Part shown: piece by piece, positions 1 to 10,664 of the stretch
How the letters are laid out: each line of letters starts with the position of its first letter
Position numbering within the stretch: position 1 is the first letter of the stretch
NCBI GenBank assembly: GCA_026770705.1
Contig: JANJGN010000008.1
Coordinates: forward strand, 162,316,001 to 162,380,000
Length of the DNA: 64,000 bases
Direction: 5' to 3'
From: Isurus oxyrinchus
Taxonomy: Eukaryota
The notes under the pieces: model-generated
Databases searched by the model: none
What the model saw: only the letters and a program-made list of their open reading frames with translations
What the model was told of the DNA's origin: nothing
Made by a program: the position numbers and the translations under genes

Positions 1-17
1 CCTGTGGCACCAACCTA

Positions 18-240
18 AAGTGGGCACAGGAGTTTTCCCAGTTTATTGGCCAATATTTATCCCTCAACCAACACCTACAAACAGGTTATGTGGTCACAAA
101 CACTATTTGTGGGACCTTGCTGTGTGCAAGTTGGGTACAAAAATGACTTACACTTCACAAGTGCTTCATTTGGCTGTGAAACACTTTGGAATGTCCAGAG
201 GTCATGATAAGTGCTCTATATAAATTCAAGCTCATTCTTT
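18..240 (+). mobile_element. DeuSINE (SacSINE1-like) fragment: Deu core plus L2-type tail
   Basis: Core motifs GGAGTTTTCCC..TGGCCAATATTTATCCCTCAACCAAC..TTTGTGGGACCTTGCTGTGTGCAA and tail ACTTCA..TTGGCTGTGAAACACTTTGG..TGCTCTATATAAATTCAAG; homologous to 16935-17354. Confidence 0.65.
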
Positions 241-1729
241 CCTAAAGAGTTTTCTTAAAGAGTTGGCTAAGGTCATAAGAAGATAATTTTTGCAATGTGT
301 CTGATTTACAATTTAAACTTTATCTGATGTCACCCTGATTTTTGAGACTTTCCAGCTCTTCCAGAAGTGGTCTACTTGCAAAGCCTCTGATCATACCAAG
401 GGCAACATTTTTAGGATAAGTTCTGGACTAAGTTCCAGTGAGTCGTGCTTGAAGGGGGATGGGTGGGAGACAGTGCCACAAAACTATGTGTCAAATCTCC
501 ACCCTGCGTTTTCTTTGAAAGAAACTTCAGGGTACGAGTAATAAAGTTGCCTTTTGTTGCTCGTACCTTTTAAAATACACATATAATACAATAACTAACT
601 GGAGCAATGTGCCAGAATAGGGAACAGAGTGGCTGACTTCAGGAGCATTCAAAAGAAGGACATTTGGATTCTGAACTGGGACAGTTAAAATGCTAGAGGA
701 GTGAGCTTCAATGAGCACACAATACCAAACTGATAACATGGATAAACCTTAGATTTTATAATGTTCCTTACATCCAAGCTATCTGGTTATTTCTATTCAA
801 CTGTGCCTGTAACTCTCATTACTACAATTGAAATCAAATTCTGAAATATTTCCAAAACAAAGGCAAAATGGCAAGAGTATCCTTCGATTCTGAAGGCACA
901 GAGGAGTAGGCAATAGCCACAAAAACATGATCATCACAAGTCAAACTACAAAGAGTTCCTTGCTTCATGACAAGTGCAATGTGGTGGGAGGGAATGATGC
1001 TATCTGATCAGACTTTACACAATGTGCCTCTGGAAACCTAAGAATAAAACCTCCTGGGACAGGAAATCGCTGAAGCTTCGCTTACAGACATCACTACCAC
1101 CAGACTGTGCTGAAAGCAGAGAGTACAGCCTCTCAAGTGGACTCTAGGGCCTTTCTTGGAACGTGATGCAAGGTGGGCAAAACACATTTGGCTACAGAGC
1201 TCTTAATAAAATAATTCTCAATTTCCATGGTCTCTGATGCCAGCTAGTCATGCAGGATTTTTTGGATCCCAGGGCTCCTTATTAGAAAGGTTAAGGTTGC
1301 AAACTTGAAACTAAACTATCAGTTTCACACAATTCTTTGAATTAAGATAGCATTTTCTCTGGCACTTGTCCAACCTTGCTCAAGACTCCTTCACTGCTAG
1401 GTGCAGGACTCTCCATCGGAGTGTTAGGTACCTAAAAGCAAATTATTTGGAGAGGATTTAATATTGGGTGGGCTAATTGTGGGTGACATACAAATCTTTG
1501 AAGCAAAAAGCTCACATTAATGACCACCAAGCAAGTTCCAGCTGTTTGTTTTTTCCTGTCAATTCTGATGTGCAGCTCCATACTACACATTGATCACAGA
1601 CAGCACAGGGAAGTAATATTTTCCTTTGGCGGGTCCACCTCACATTAGGTCTTCCTCTTGACTTTATTCAGTGGCAGAAAGATGGTTCAAGAAGACCATC
1701 TTTAAAAACACTGAATGAATTTGGAGAAA

Positions 1730-2536
1730 TGTAGTGGATGGATATATATTTTTCATTACGTGATGAAATTCGTAACTTGCAAGTTGTTTTCTGCACTGAC
1801 CGTGATCTCAAAGCCTGGGGTTTTTTCTTGAGACAGTCCCCAATTGTTAAAGAAACCAATATTCCAGGTTTCTGGGAGGGGGTTGTAAATTGGAGTTCCT
1901 GTCTGTGACATCAGACCTCTGAGAAATCAGCCTGCGACTTAGGTTGTTAGGGAGACAGAAGGTGGGAGGTCAAATTTCAGCCAGTGATCAGAACAGGCAC
2001 AGATTTTCAGCAGGATAAGAACAGTCAATAGCTGTGGAGAAGCTTCTGTGTGTGAGACAGCTAAAGGAAGGAAGTTGTGGTGCTGCTGGGAGAAGACCAG
2101 AAAGGTTAGTTTCATTAGCAGAGCTGAGAAGGATCCAGGAAGGTATCCTTTTGGTGGATATTGCACACATGGAACCTGTGTAGTTAAACTGCTGTTGGAT
2201 GGGACTTTGTGCCAAATTCCTGTGTAAATTAAGGAACTGAACTTTACTTGGGAAGAACAGAGGTTTGAAGAACTCTGTAGCTGAGACTAATGCCATATAT
2301 GCTGAAGGGACAATTGAAGAAATGAGAGAGATCTATCTTTGTATCAACTGTTTAAAGCATAATGTGCGGTTTCTACTGAATACAATTTGTCTGGTAATTC
2401 AAATGTAATATATGTTGATTTCAGTTTGATCATTACAGTAAAAGCATTAAAAAGTGAAATCTTGTCTATTGCTTTCATCTGTTGGGGTTATTTGGGAAAT
2501 TTGTTTTTTACATTATTGGTCTCCGTAGAGATTGTC
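1730..2536 (+). mobile_element. Degenerate LTR-like sequence, boundaries uncertain
   Basis: Composition and 3' motif (ATTAAAAAGTGAAATCTTGTC...GGTCTCCGTAGAGATTGT) resemble the solo LTRs elsewhere in the window; no TSD found. Confidence 0.3.
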
Positions 2537-2704
2537 GGTTCAGTAACTTATTGCTGATAAATATCTTTTGTCTTACAGAAGACTCAACATATTCAATGTT
2601 GGCTGAAGCAGATAAATATAGTTATTTAATCAACTAGTTTTATCTTCAAATTTTACTGATCCAACTGTGGCTATAATTGTGCGAAATAAAGAGAGCTAAG
2701 TTTT

Positions 2705-3160
2705 AAGTTAAGAGTCAACCGCATTGCTGTGTTTGTGGAGTCACATGTAGGCTAGGCCAGGCCAGGTGAGGATGGCAGATTTCCTTCCCTAAAGGACATT
2801 AGTGACATTAGACATTTACAACAATCAATGATCGTCAACAAAAACAGAATTACCTGGAAAAACTCAGCAGCTCTGGCAGCATCGGCAGAGAAGAAAAGAG
2901 TTGACGTTTCGAGTCCTCATGACCCTTCGACAGAACTGATCAATGATCGTCCATTGTTACTCAGACCATCTTTCAAAAGTGGATTTTATTAATTAATTTT
3001 ATTACTTAATTTATTAGTTGAATTATTGAATTTACTTAATTAATTAACTTTAATTACTAACTAAATTAACTGAATTTAAATTTCATCAACAGCCATGGTG
3101 GGATTTGAACCCATATCACCTAGGCCTCTGGATTACTAGTGATGTTACCATTATTCCATC
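2705..3160 (-). mobile_element. HE1-like tRNA-derived SINE, interrupted by a PLE mini-element
   Basis: Reverse complement of the 4350-4661 SINE: B-box rc GGGATTTGAACCC near 3100 and core GGCAGATTTCCTTCCCTAAAGGACATTAGTGA near 2775. Confidence 0.75.
2837..2938 (-). mobile_element. PLE mini-element (hammerhead-containing terminal repeat only)
   Basis: Near-identical to rc of 32474-32575; 13-bp TSD ATCAATGATCGTC at 2824-2836 and 2939-2951. Confidence 0.9.
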
Positions 3161-3849
3161 ATCTTGCCCAAAACCTGGAGCCTACTATCTACTGAGCCTG
3201 GTTCAATGGAGATTGAAGCCAAGCCTTGAACTATAGGGATTGTCAGTGCTGCTTCATGAGCCAGCTTTTTCCTGATCTTTCCCACGTTAACTTCCACTTG
3301 GTTAAAACATGGGAGTGTTTTTTTATCCCTCTGGGTAAAGTTACTATGAATCACAAAACCAAAGTAAAACTGGTACAGACAAGACACATGTCAGTGAGAT
3401 CAGGAAAAGCTGAAGATGCAACCAAATGACCCGGCGTCATAAGCAAGCAGGAAAACAAACGGTGAAACACATAACACAGTTTTTAAGTGCTGACCAAAGT
3501 CCATCATCCCCCCAATTTCTTACCCAGGCTTGGTTTGACAGTGGTCGGGCGGCAGTTGGGTTGGATAGAGGTACGGCAGCATGATAAATGATACAGATAC
3601 GCAGAAACAATTCTTCCAGAATTGGGGTTAATAAACGAGCGGCTTTATTTGTAACTGTACTGGAAATGTAACGAGTTGTATTAGTGGAACGATTCGGTAC
3701 GGATCAAGGGACACTACTCTGTCACTATACAAATCATTGGCTAGACTGCATCGGGAGTACCTCACCCATGTTTTGGTCCCCTCACACGCTGGATGATATA
3801 GTTGGATGATATAGCGAGCTGGAAGAATGATTCCTAATTACTCAGATAA

Positions 3850-4290
3850 AGCTGGATGTATTTACTTTAGAGCAGTGTAAACCAGGAGGTGAACTGATAA
3901 ACGTACATAAAGTAATTCAAGGGCTGGACTGTGGCCTTTTGGTAGATTATTTCAATTTGAGAGGTTAAAGGGGACCAGGGATTTGCATTCAAACTAGTCA
4001 TGCCTTCAGGGTGGAGCTGAGCTAGTTTTTGGCTGTGGCACAGGTTGTATCACATAAAAGTGGATTGTTAGTCAACGTACATGGGGCCAATGTGATGTCC
4101 TTGAATGCTTTCAATTGTCTGTAGGGATCAAAGAGGAATTCTCCAATTTTTTCCATCCTTGGCCATGGCGTATTTTCTGGGATTTTTTTGCCTAAGTATC
4201 AAGTCACGATGCCCCAGGTAACTTTAGTATGTGACAGGCTTGGTGGAATGGATAGTCTTTTCCTGACCACCTTTTCTGTTTGTTGGTAAC
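3850..4290 (+). mobile_element. Old CR1-like LINE 3' fragment
   Basis: Degenerate LFTLEQ..RGELINVHKVIQGLD-like coding remnant and CR1-type 3' end; partly repeated at 4698-4897. Confidence 0.45.
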
Positions 4291-4349
4291 AGGCCCTACA
4301 CATGCCAGGTAGATGGAAAATGGCAGTGGATAAGAGAAATGCCCTTAAA

Positions 4350-4661
4350 GGGGAGGTGGTGGTGTAGTGGTATTGTCACTAGGTTAGTAATCCAGAGACC
4401 CAGAGTAATGCTCTGGGGACCTGGGTTCAAATCCCAGTTCAATAAAAATCTGGAATTAAAAGCCATGATCATGAATCCATTATCAATTGTTGTAAAAACC
4501 CATCTGGTTCACTAAGGGAAGGAAATCTGCTGTCCTTACCCTCATGTGACTCCAGACCCAGAGTAATATGGTAACTCTTATATGTCCTCAAGAGCAATTA
4601 GGGATGGGCAATAATTGCTGGCCTCACCAGTGACACCCATATCCCAAGAACAAATAAATAA
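4350..4661 (+). mobile_element. HE1-like tRNA-derived SINE
   Basis: A-box GGTGGTGTAGTGG and B-box GGGTTCAAATCCC; 3' tail GCAATTAGGGATGGGCAATAATTGCTGGCC shared with the LINE 3' ends at ~12735 and ~30355. Confidence 0.85.
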
Positions 4662-5908
4662 GAAAATGGACATGTATAGGCCAGTTGTTTACATTTTAAA
4701 TAAACATGTAGAAAATAATTAAAGGGCTGGATTGCAGCTGATCGATAGATAACTTTAATTTGAGAGATTAGAGGAGACCAGGACATTTAAGCAACACATG
4801 CCTTGAGGATGGAGCTGATCTGGCTTTTGGATGAGGCACAGGATGCATCACATAAAAGTGGATCGATCATTAACGCACATATGGCCATTAATGTAATTTC
4901 TAAGAATATGCATAAGAATATGGTTCAGTGGTGCAATGATTCTGATTAAAATGAACTGTCAGATAAAGTCATTCAAAACATTAAAGGAAAACAATGATCA
5001 TTCCTTGTTCTGAGGTTTTATGCTTGCAAAGTAAGTCATGGAAAATAGGCAGGTGTACTTTCTGAAGCAAGATAGCCTATCTCCTGGATAGTCTAAGATT
5101 CTACATCGGGCTCAGAAACATTGGCAGGATTCAGGGATCATAGAAGTCTATTGGGGAGAATGAGAGTCTGGGGTTTCAAGTTATTATGTCAGTGGAATCA
5201 TACCACAGACGGAACTCAAGGTTCTCCTGTTTGGCAATTGGCAACTTTAAAATGTTTTGAAGTTAATGGCAGGTCTTCTTGCCAGCCAGCAGAATGCAAA
5301 AGCTTTGAATTAATCTTAGAGAAGGAATAAAACACCCTGCTTCAAAATCAAGGTGGTAACAATGGGAAAAGGGGAGAAGTTAATATGACAGTGAGTTACA
5401 CATTAAAATCCAAACCTTCATTACAAAGACTGACTCAATTACAATCTTGTGTAGGAAGAGGCAACTATGCTGATAGAAACAAAGTCGATCACATTCTGGC
5501 CTGAAAAGTCAAAATAAAAGACAGTGAGCTTCACAAATATTTAACAAGTTAGAATAATGGGAAACCATTCAGGCTAACAGTATAAAGCTTTTGAGAATTA
5601 TTAGGATCTGGAAAAAGGAAATGAAACAAATCAGCAAGAAATTGACAGTAAAACATCTCTCATCCTCTACATATACCACAAATGAAAAAGGGATGACCAA
5701 GATAGAGGGACAGACAGATAGTGACCACAGCATCGATGTCAAGCTGGCATTGATGAAGTCAGGTTTGACAGCACAGCAAGTAATCCAATGATTCCTAAGA
5801 ATCGCAGTGAAGAAATTCAAGAGAATGGGAATAAGCACCTTCTCTTGATGGATGAGATGGTTTTAGCTAACTGGGGAAGGCTGCTTTTACTGCCCATCAG
5901 TAAGGCTG

Positions 5909-6515
5909 AAACTGGAGGAACAGTACCTCATCTTCCGACTAGGCACTTTACAGCATTCCAGACTTTTAGATCATGACCTCTCTCCTCCATCCTTATCCCC
6001 TTTCCGATCCCCCCTTTTTTTTTCCAATAATTTATATAGATTTTTCTTTTCCCACCGATTTCCATTATTTTTAAATGTATTTTCATACATTGTTTTATCT
6101 CTACCTTTTAGCTTATTCCGATCCCTTCCCTTCACCCCGCCCCACCCCCACTAGGGCTATCTGTACCTTGCTTGTCCGGCTTTCTACTCTTAATTAGCAC
6201 ATTCCTTAGATAATGTCCCCACCTTCAACATCTCTTTGTCCTTTTGTCTATGACATCTTTTGGTTATCTCCACCTATCACTGGCCCTCTATCCAGCTCTA
6301 CCTGTCCCACCACCCACCGCACCCCCCCCCCCCCAACCTTAATCCAGCTTATATTTCACCTCTTTTCTATTTTTCCTTAGTTCTGTTGAAGAGTCATTCG
6401 GACTCGAAATGTTAACTGTGTTCCTCTCCGCAGTTGCTGCCAGACCTGTTGAGTTTTTCCAGGTATTTTTATTTTTGTTTTGGATTGCCAGTATCCGCAG
6501 TTTTTTGCTTTTATA
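5909..6515 (+). mobile_element. 5'-truncated PLE, older subfamily: GIY-YIG C-terminus, 3' region, hammerhead and tail
   Basis: Starts with KLEEQYLIFRLGTLQ coding sequence, colinear with 31993-32582; hammerhead at 6379-6417 with stem II GAGUC/GACUC. Confidence 0.85.
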
Positions 6516-7448
6516 TAAAATAGCTGGCTGGCTAGTCATTATCTCATCTGAATCTCTTCAGTTCATGGCTGGGTTACAAAGATATCATTCTGTTGACTCA
6601 AGTGTCATTGAAGGTTAACTTTAAAATGGACCCAAGTGCTGTCCTGAGTGTAATACATAACCCTTAGGTGAGACAGGTCTCGAAGTGATTACATTTTACT
6701 TGCAGGCACTTAACTTCAGCAATACCTTAGAAATTACAAATGTTATTGGATGGGCAGAATTCTGTGTTAAGGACCTTGTCTATCTTCAAAGGCTAATAGC
6801 TCTGTGCATATACAGTTCCAATTATTTGCCTCCCGCTCAACAGCTTTTTGGATGATTCGAGCTATTGTTTCATCCGCAACTTTGACAACATACCAAAGAA
6901 TAGCTTCACTAGTTTGGCAAGGGCAACTAAGTGGCAATGCCAAGCCTAGTTTTCAAATGCGACAGCTGCTTTTCCCATTGAGTTCAAATGTACATTGAAA
7001 TGTGCTTCGCCAGTTATGAAGAGGATCCATTCAACATCTAATGCTTAGGTTTCATTGTTGTCGCAATAGCTTTCGGAAGTAAGGGTGCTTTACAACCAAC
7101 CTGATGCACTTTTCAGTCTAGGATGAATGTTAATGTGTTGCCACTAAAAGAAAGCTTTTGATTCCTTATTTCTTTCTCCTCTGTTTTTGTTTTAAAACAG
7201 ATTCACTTAAAGTAATTAGTGGCACTAGGTGTAACAAAAGCATGTAAAGGGAAGGTCCCAGACTCTGACATGTAGGCTCCTTGCAGTCAAGTACTTACAA
7301 GTGCAATTATTTTAGACAATCAATAATGTACAGTAGTGAATTTTTGAACAGAACTTCACTTCAGTCTTAGTATTTCTTGCATCTAAATACTCACATTTTC
7401 AAGCTAATTGTGAGTTAAACCATTTATGTCAAGCACTATTATAGATGT

Positions 7449-7580
7449 AAGCTAAAAGCAAAAAACTGAGGATGCTGGAAATCCAAAACAAAAACAAAAA
7501 TACCTGGAAAATCTCAGCAGGTCTGGCAGCATCTGCGGAGAGGAACACAGTTAACGTTTCGAATCCCAATGACCCTTCAA
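7449..7580 (-). mobile_element. PLE terminal-repeat fragment with tail
   Basis: rc of the PLE repeat (GGATGCTGGAAATCC...CTCAGCAGGTCTGGCAGCATC...AACGTTTCGA); followed by rearranged pieces to ~7695; possible TSD TATAGATGT at 7440-7448 and 7696-7704. Confidence 0.75.
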
Positions 7581-7827
7581 ACCCCTTCTGTTCAAGGAAT
7601 GCCTACCTTGAAGAAGTATTGCTCTTCTCTCCATCAGGATTTTCATATCTCTCTTTTGCCTTGTTCTCTACTTGTCCCACCCCCGCTTAAACCACTATAG
7701 ATGTTGCTGACTGACAGGATTTGTGAGGATCTGATTGGGTCCACTAAGCTATGTCAAATGAAAGAAATAAAAAAGGCACCCAGCCAATTTACATGCAGTT
7801 TCAGGATGTGTAAAAAGAAACCCTTAC

Positions 7828-7851
7828 CTGCATTAACCCAGTTGCACTAGC
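7828..7851 (-). CDS. Candidate 24-nt microexon of an unidentified host gene (phase 0: ASATGLMQ)
   Basis: Minus strand: ttgcttttcttactttcttaccag|GCTAGTGCAACTGGGTTAATGCAG|gtaagg. Only one frame is open, with upstream TGC and a TGCATG ~30 nt downstream. Confidence 0.55.
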
Positions 7852-8008
7852 CTGGTAAGAAAGTAAGAAAAGCAATACTTTCATATTTCCACAAAATGGC
7901 CATTTTTAAGATACCTTTTTAAGTGGGCTGAACATCTTAATGTATCAGTGTACTATGTGTTAATGAACTGGGATCTGGATTTTGGCTTGCCAATTACTGA
8001 GGCAAGGA

Positions 8009-8221
8009 TTAAAAACAGAGAATGCTGGAAAAATCTCAGCAGGTCTGGCAGCATGTGTGGAGAGAGAAACTGAATGAACTGTGTGAATCATTCCAAAGAA
8101 AAGTCATATGTAGTCAAAACGTTAACTCTGTTTCTCCACAGATGCTGCCAGACCTACTGAGTTTTTCTAGCATTTTATGCTTTTATATCAGATTTCCAGC
8201 ATTTGCAGTGTTTTGCTTTAT
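8009..8221. mobile_element. Old PLE inverted-pair insertion
   Basis: rc arm ~8011-8070 and forward arm ~8090-8221; 16-bp TSD ATTACTGAGG(C/T)AAGGA at 7993-8008 and 8222-8237. Confidence 0.8.
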
Positions 8222-8782
8222 ATTACTGAGGTAAGGAAGGTTTGTCAGTGAACCGTACCAAACTTGTGCTTCTAGTAGCAAATATTACTGAACGTGTAAT
8301 TGTCTTTTATAGCAACCCACTCACTTTACCTGGTTTGGTTATCATGCAAGTTGTTATTTTAAAACTGCAAGGGTGTGTGCAGCCAAGAACATTTTGAAGG
8401 GAATAGGAAAAAGCAATGTTCTTGAAAAAATAACTTTTGTTTATTGCACATGTTCAAATCGCTATCACCACTGCTTATCAATCACCATTATATAGATTTT
8501 TCTTTCCCACCTATTTCCATTATCTTTAAATATTTTTAAATCTTTTATGCTCTCCCCACCCTCCACTAGAGCTATACCTTGGGTGCCCTACCATCCATTC
8601 TTAATTAGCACATTCGTTTAGATAATATCACCAACTTTAACACCTGTGTTCTTTTGTTCTATTGTTGTTGACATCTTTTGATGATCTGCTTCTATCACTG
8701 CTTGTTTGTCCCTACAACCACACCCCCCTCCACTTCTCTCTCTCTCTCCGCCCCCCCCCACCCCCACACACCTTAAACCAGC

Positions 8783-8822
8783 TTATATTTCAACTCTTTC
8801 TTGGACTCGAACTCAAGTTCTG
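8783..8822 (+). promoter_or_regulatory. Putative PLE core promoter (TATA-like TTATATTT plus Inr-like site at the hammerhead 5' end)
   Basis: TTATATTT lies 26-33 nt upstream of AGTTCTG; other copies read TTAGTTC (6377) and CTAGTTC (28055), matching Inr YYANWYY; mini-elements begin here. Confidence 0.4.
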
Positions 8823-8854
8823 TCGAAGGGTCATGAGGACTCGAAACGTCAACT
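8816..8854 (+). ncRNA. Minimal type I hammerhead ribozyme, variant core (representative copy)
   Basis: AGUU-CUGUCGA-A-GGGUC-AUGAG-GACUC-GAAAC-GUC/AACU: stem I AGUU/AACU, stem II GGGUC/GACUC, loopless palindromic stem III ACGU, predicted cleavage after C8850. Further copies at 6379, 10962, 28057, 28173, 32474, 51561 (+) and ~2899, ~26014, ~27686, ~30629 (-). Confidence 0.75.
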
Positions 8855-10664
8855 CTTTTCTTCTCCGCCGATGCTGCCAGACCTGCTGAGTTTTTCCAGG
8901 TAATTCTGTTATTGTTTACCATTTTTTGTAGCTATTTCAAATGCAAATGTTACTTTTATACATTAGTAGTATTTTACAAAGCAATTAAAGGGCAATTTTT
9001 GGGATTGTGTCAGGTTTTGGAAATCAGTTGCCCTTTATTTTGTACCAGAGGTCTGCTAATCAAATGACCTGTCAATGGTCCTTGTCTCTTAATTTTGCAC
9101 ATGAAAAGGAACCAGTTGCATCACAATGATACCAAAAGAGGCATGGATCCTCCCTTCCCTCCTCATGGGGGGGAGCCAACACCACCAGCAGGGCGATTAC
9201 CACCAGAAATCATGAACTCCCAACAACTGTCTAGGTTGATAAAATAAGCCCCTGCCAATCACTGCAACAATTCAGCGTTGTTTGCGACAGAGCCAGCACA
9301 AGAGCAAACTCACCTCCATGGCAAGTGCTGAAACTCCCAAAGTTACCAGGGGCTGAAATTCCAAATACAAAACGTATTGTTTGTAATTTTAACACTGGGA
9401 AGTATTTATTTTCAAGAGCTGTAGGAAGAACTTCTGGCAATTGATTCTGTCATTTATTGACAGCTGCGTTGGTTAAGTGGACGTATCAGTAAAGAAACAC
9501 TGGCGCACTTGCTCTAAGCACTCTCAGGAAACTATCTCTTGGGAATAATCGGAAGACACAAAACTTTTGTTTATCCTGTATTAATTCATGACAGTACGTG
9601 AAATGTAGACATTCTGAAAGAGTGGAAAACCCCAACAATAAATCACCTACATGCCAATTCAAGTCTCTTTGGTGGCACATTCTGTGTATGCATTCCATTT
9701 ATTGGCTAATTAAGTTGATGGCAAATGGCACTGGAGTGTTTGAGGACTGCTGCTGTGATTACTAACTGACTTCCACTTGACAGAAGGCTAATAAAAATGA
9801 AAGGCTTTAAATTCTCCAGGTAATTAGCACAGCACTCTTAAAAACCTACAATGATTGTTAATGAATAAAGAAAAAAAGGCCCATTATACAAATAACTTTC
9901 CAAAGACTGCTTTTATTTATGCTTTACCAAAAACACTAACAATAGAGAGACAGCAAAATAAATCTAGAAGTGTTTCATAATTTAAAATTAAATTTAACAT
10001 CTCACAGTGTAAGAGTAACTTGAAGTAACAGACTTCATCGTACAACCAGTCACTTATTATCAAATAGGCAACTGTGGCATTTGGTGTTCCATTGCAAAAC
10101 AATTTATATTAAATGGCTGTTTTTAAAGCGAGAACTAATTGTGAGAAAGGTCATGGGAGATTATAGACATTTAGTCAGCACAATGGGCCATTCCCTTTGA
10201 TAGTTCTCGAAAGCTGCTACTGAAGTTAATTCCACGCTTGGAATCCAGGTCCCAGTGGACATAACCCCACAATGAGAGACCACCCTCACTTCAGCACAAC
10301 TGCACAAAATGAAATCCTGCAACCTGTGTCAATCTAATACCCCATTCATACCATAGCAGTCACATTGGAGAGCACGTCATTGCATGTGGAGGAGTACGCC
10401 TGCTGATGAAATCACTCACACTTTCTAGTGATTTAATAAGTGGTGGCTGAATGAAGCGATTGTTTTATTGACTTGGCTGGCATTTGCTCCCATTGAAAAT
10501 TGGTAATGAAATGCTGAATAATAGATGAGAGAGAACCGGATACCACATTTTCACAGGAGAGTATAATCTTAGGCTAAATTAAGATGCATTTACAGTGGGA
10601 GTCCCATTGGATCTTGCCTTTCCCCCATCCCTCCCTCCTTACCCCATCTCCCCCATAACAACCC

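Larger units (their letters stand above)
8488..8917 (+). mobile_element. 5'-truncated young PLE (3' region plus terminal repeat, no tail)
   Basis: Highly similar to 32138-32575; weak TSD ACCATT at 8484-8489 and 8918-8923. Confidence 0.9.

Noticed and set aside
2985-3080. AT-rich TAAT low-complexity stretch
   Set aside because: Simple expansion inside the SINE's AT-rich linker.
4350-4440. tRNA gene
   Set aside because: The A and B boxes belong to the SINE head and there is no complete cloverleaf.
8891-8906. CCAG|GTAATT as a conserved PLE intron donor
   Set aside because: Older copies (8165, 21450, 24655) read CAGCATTT or TAGCATTT with no GT, and no downstream intron is present.
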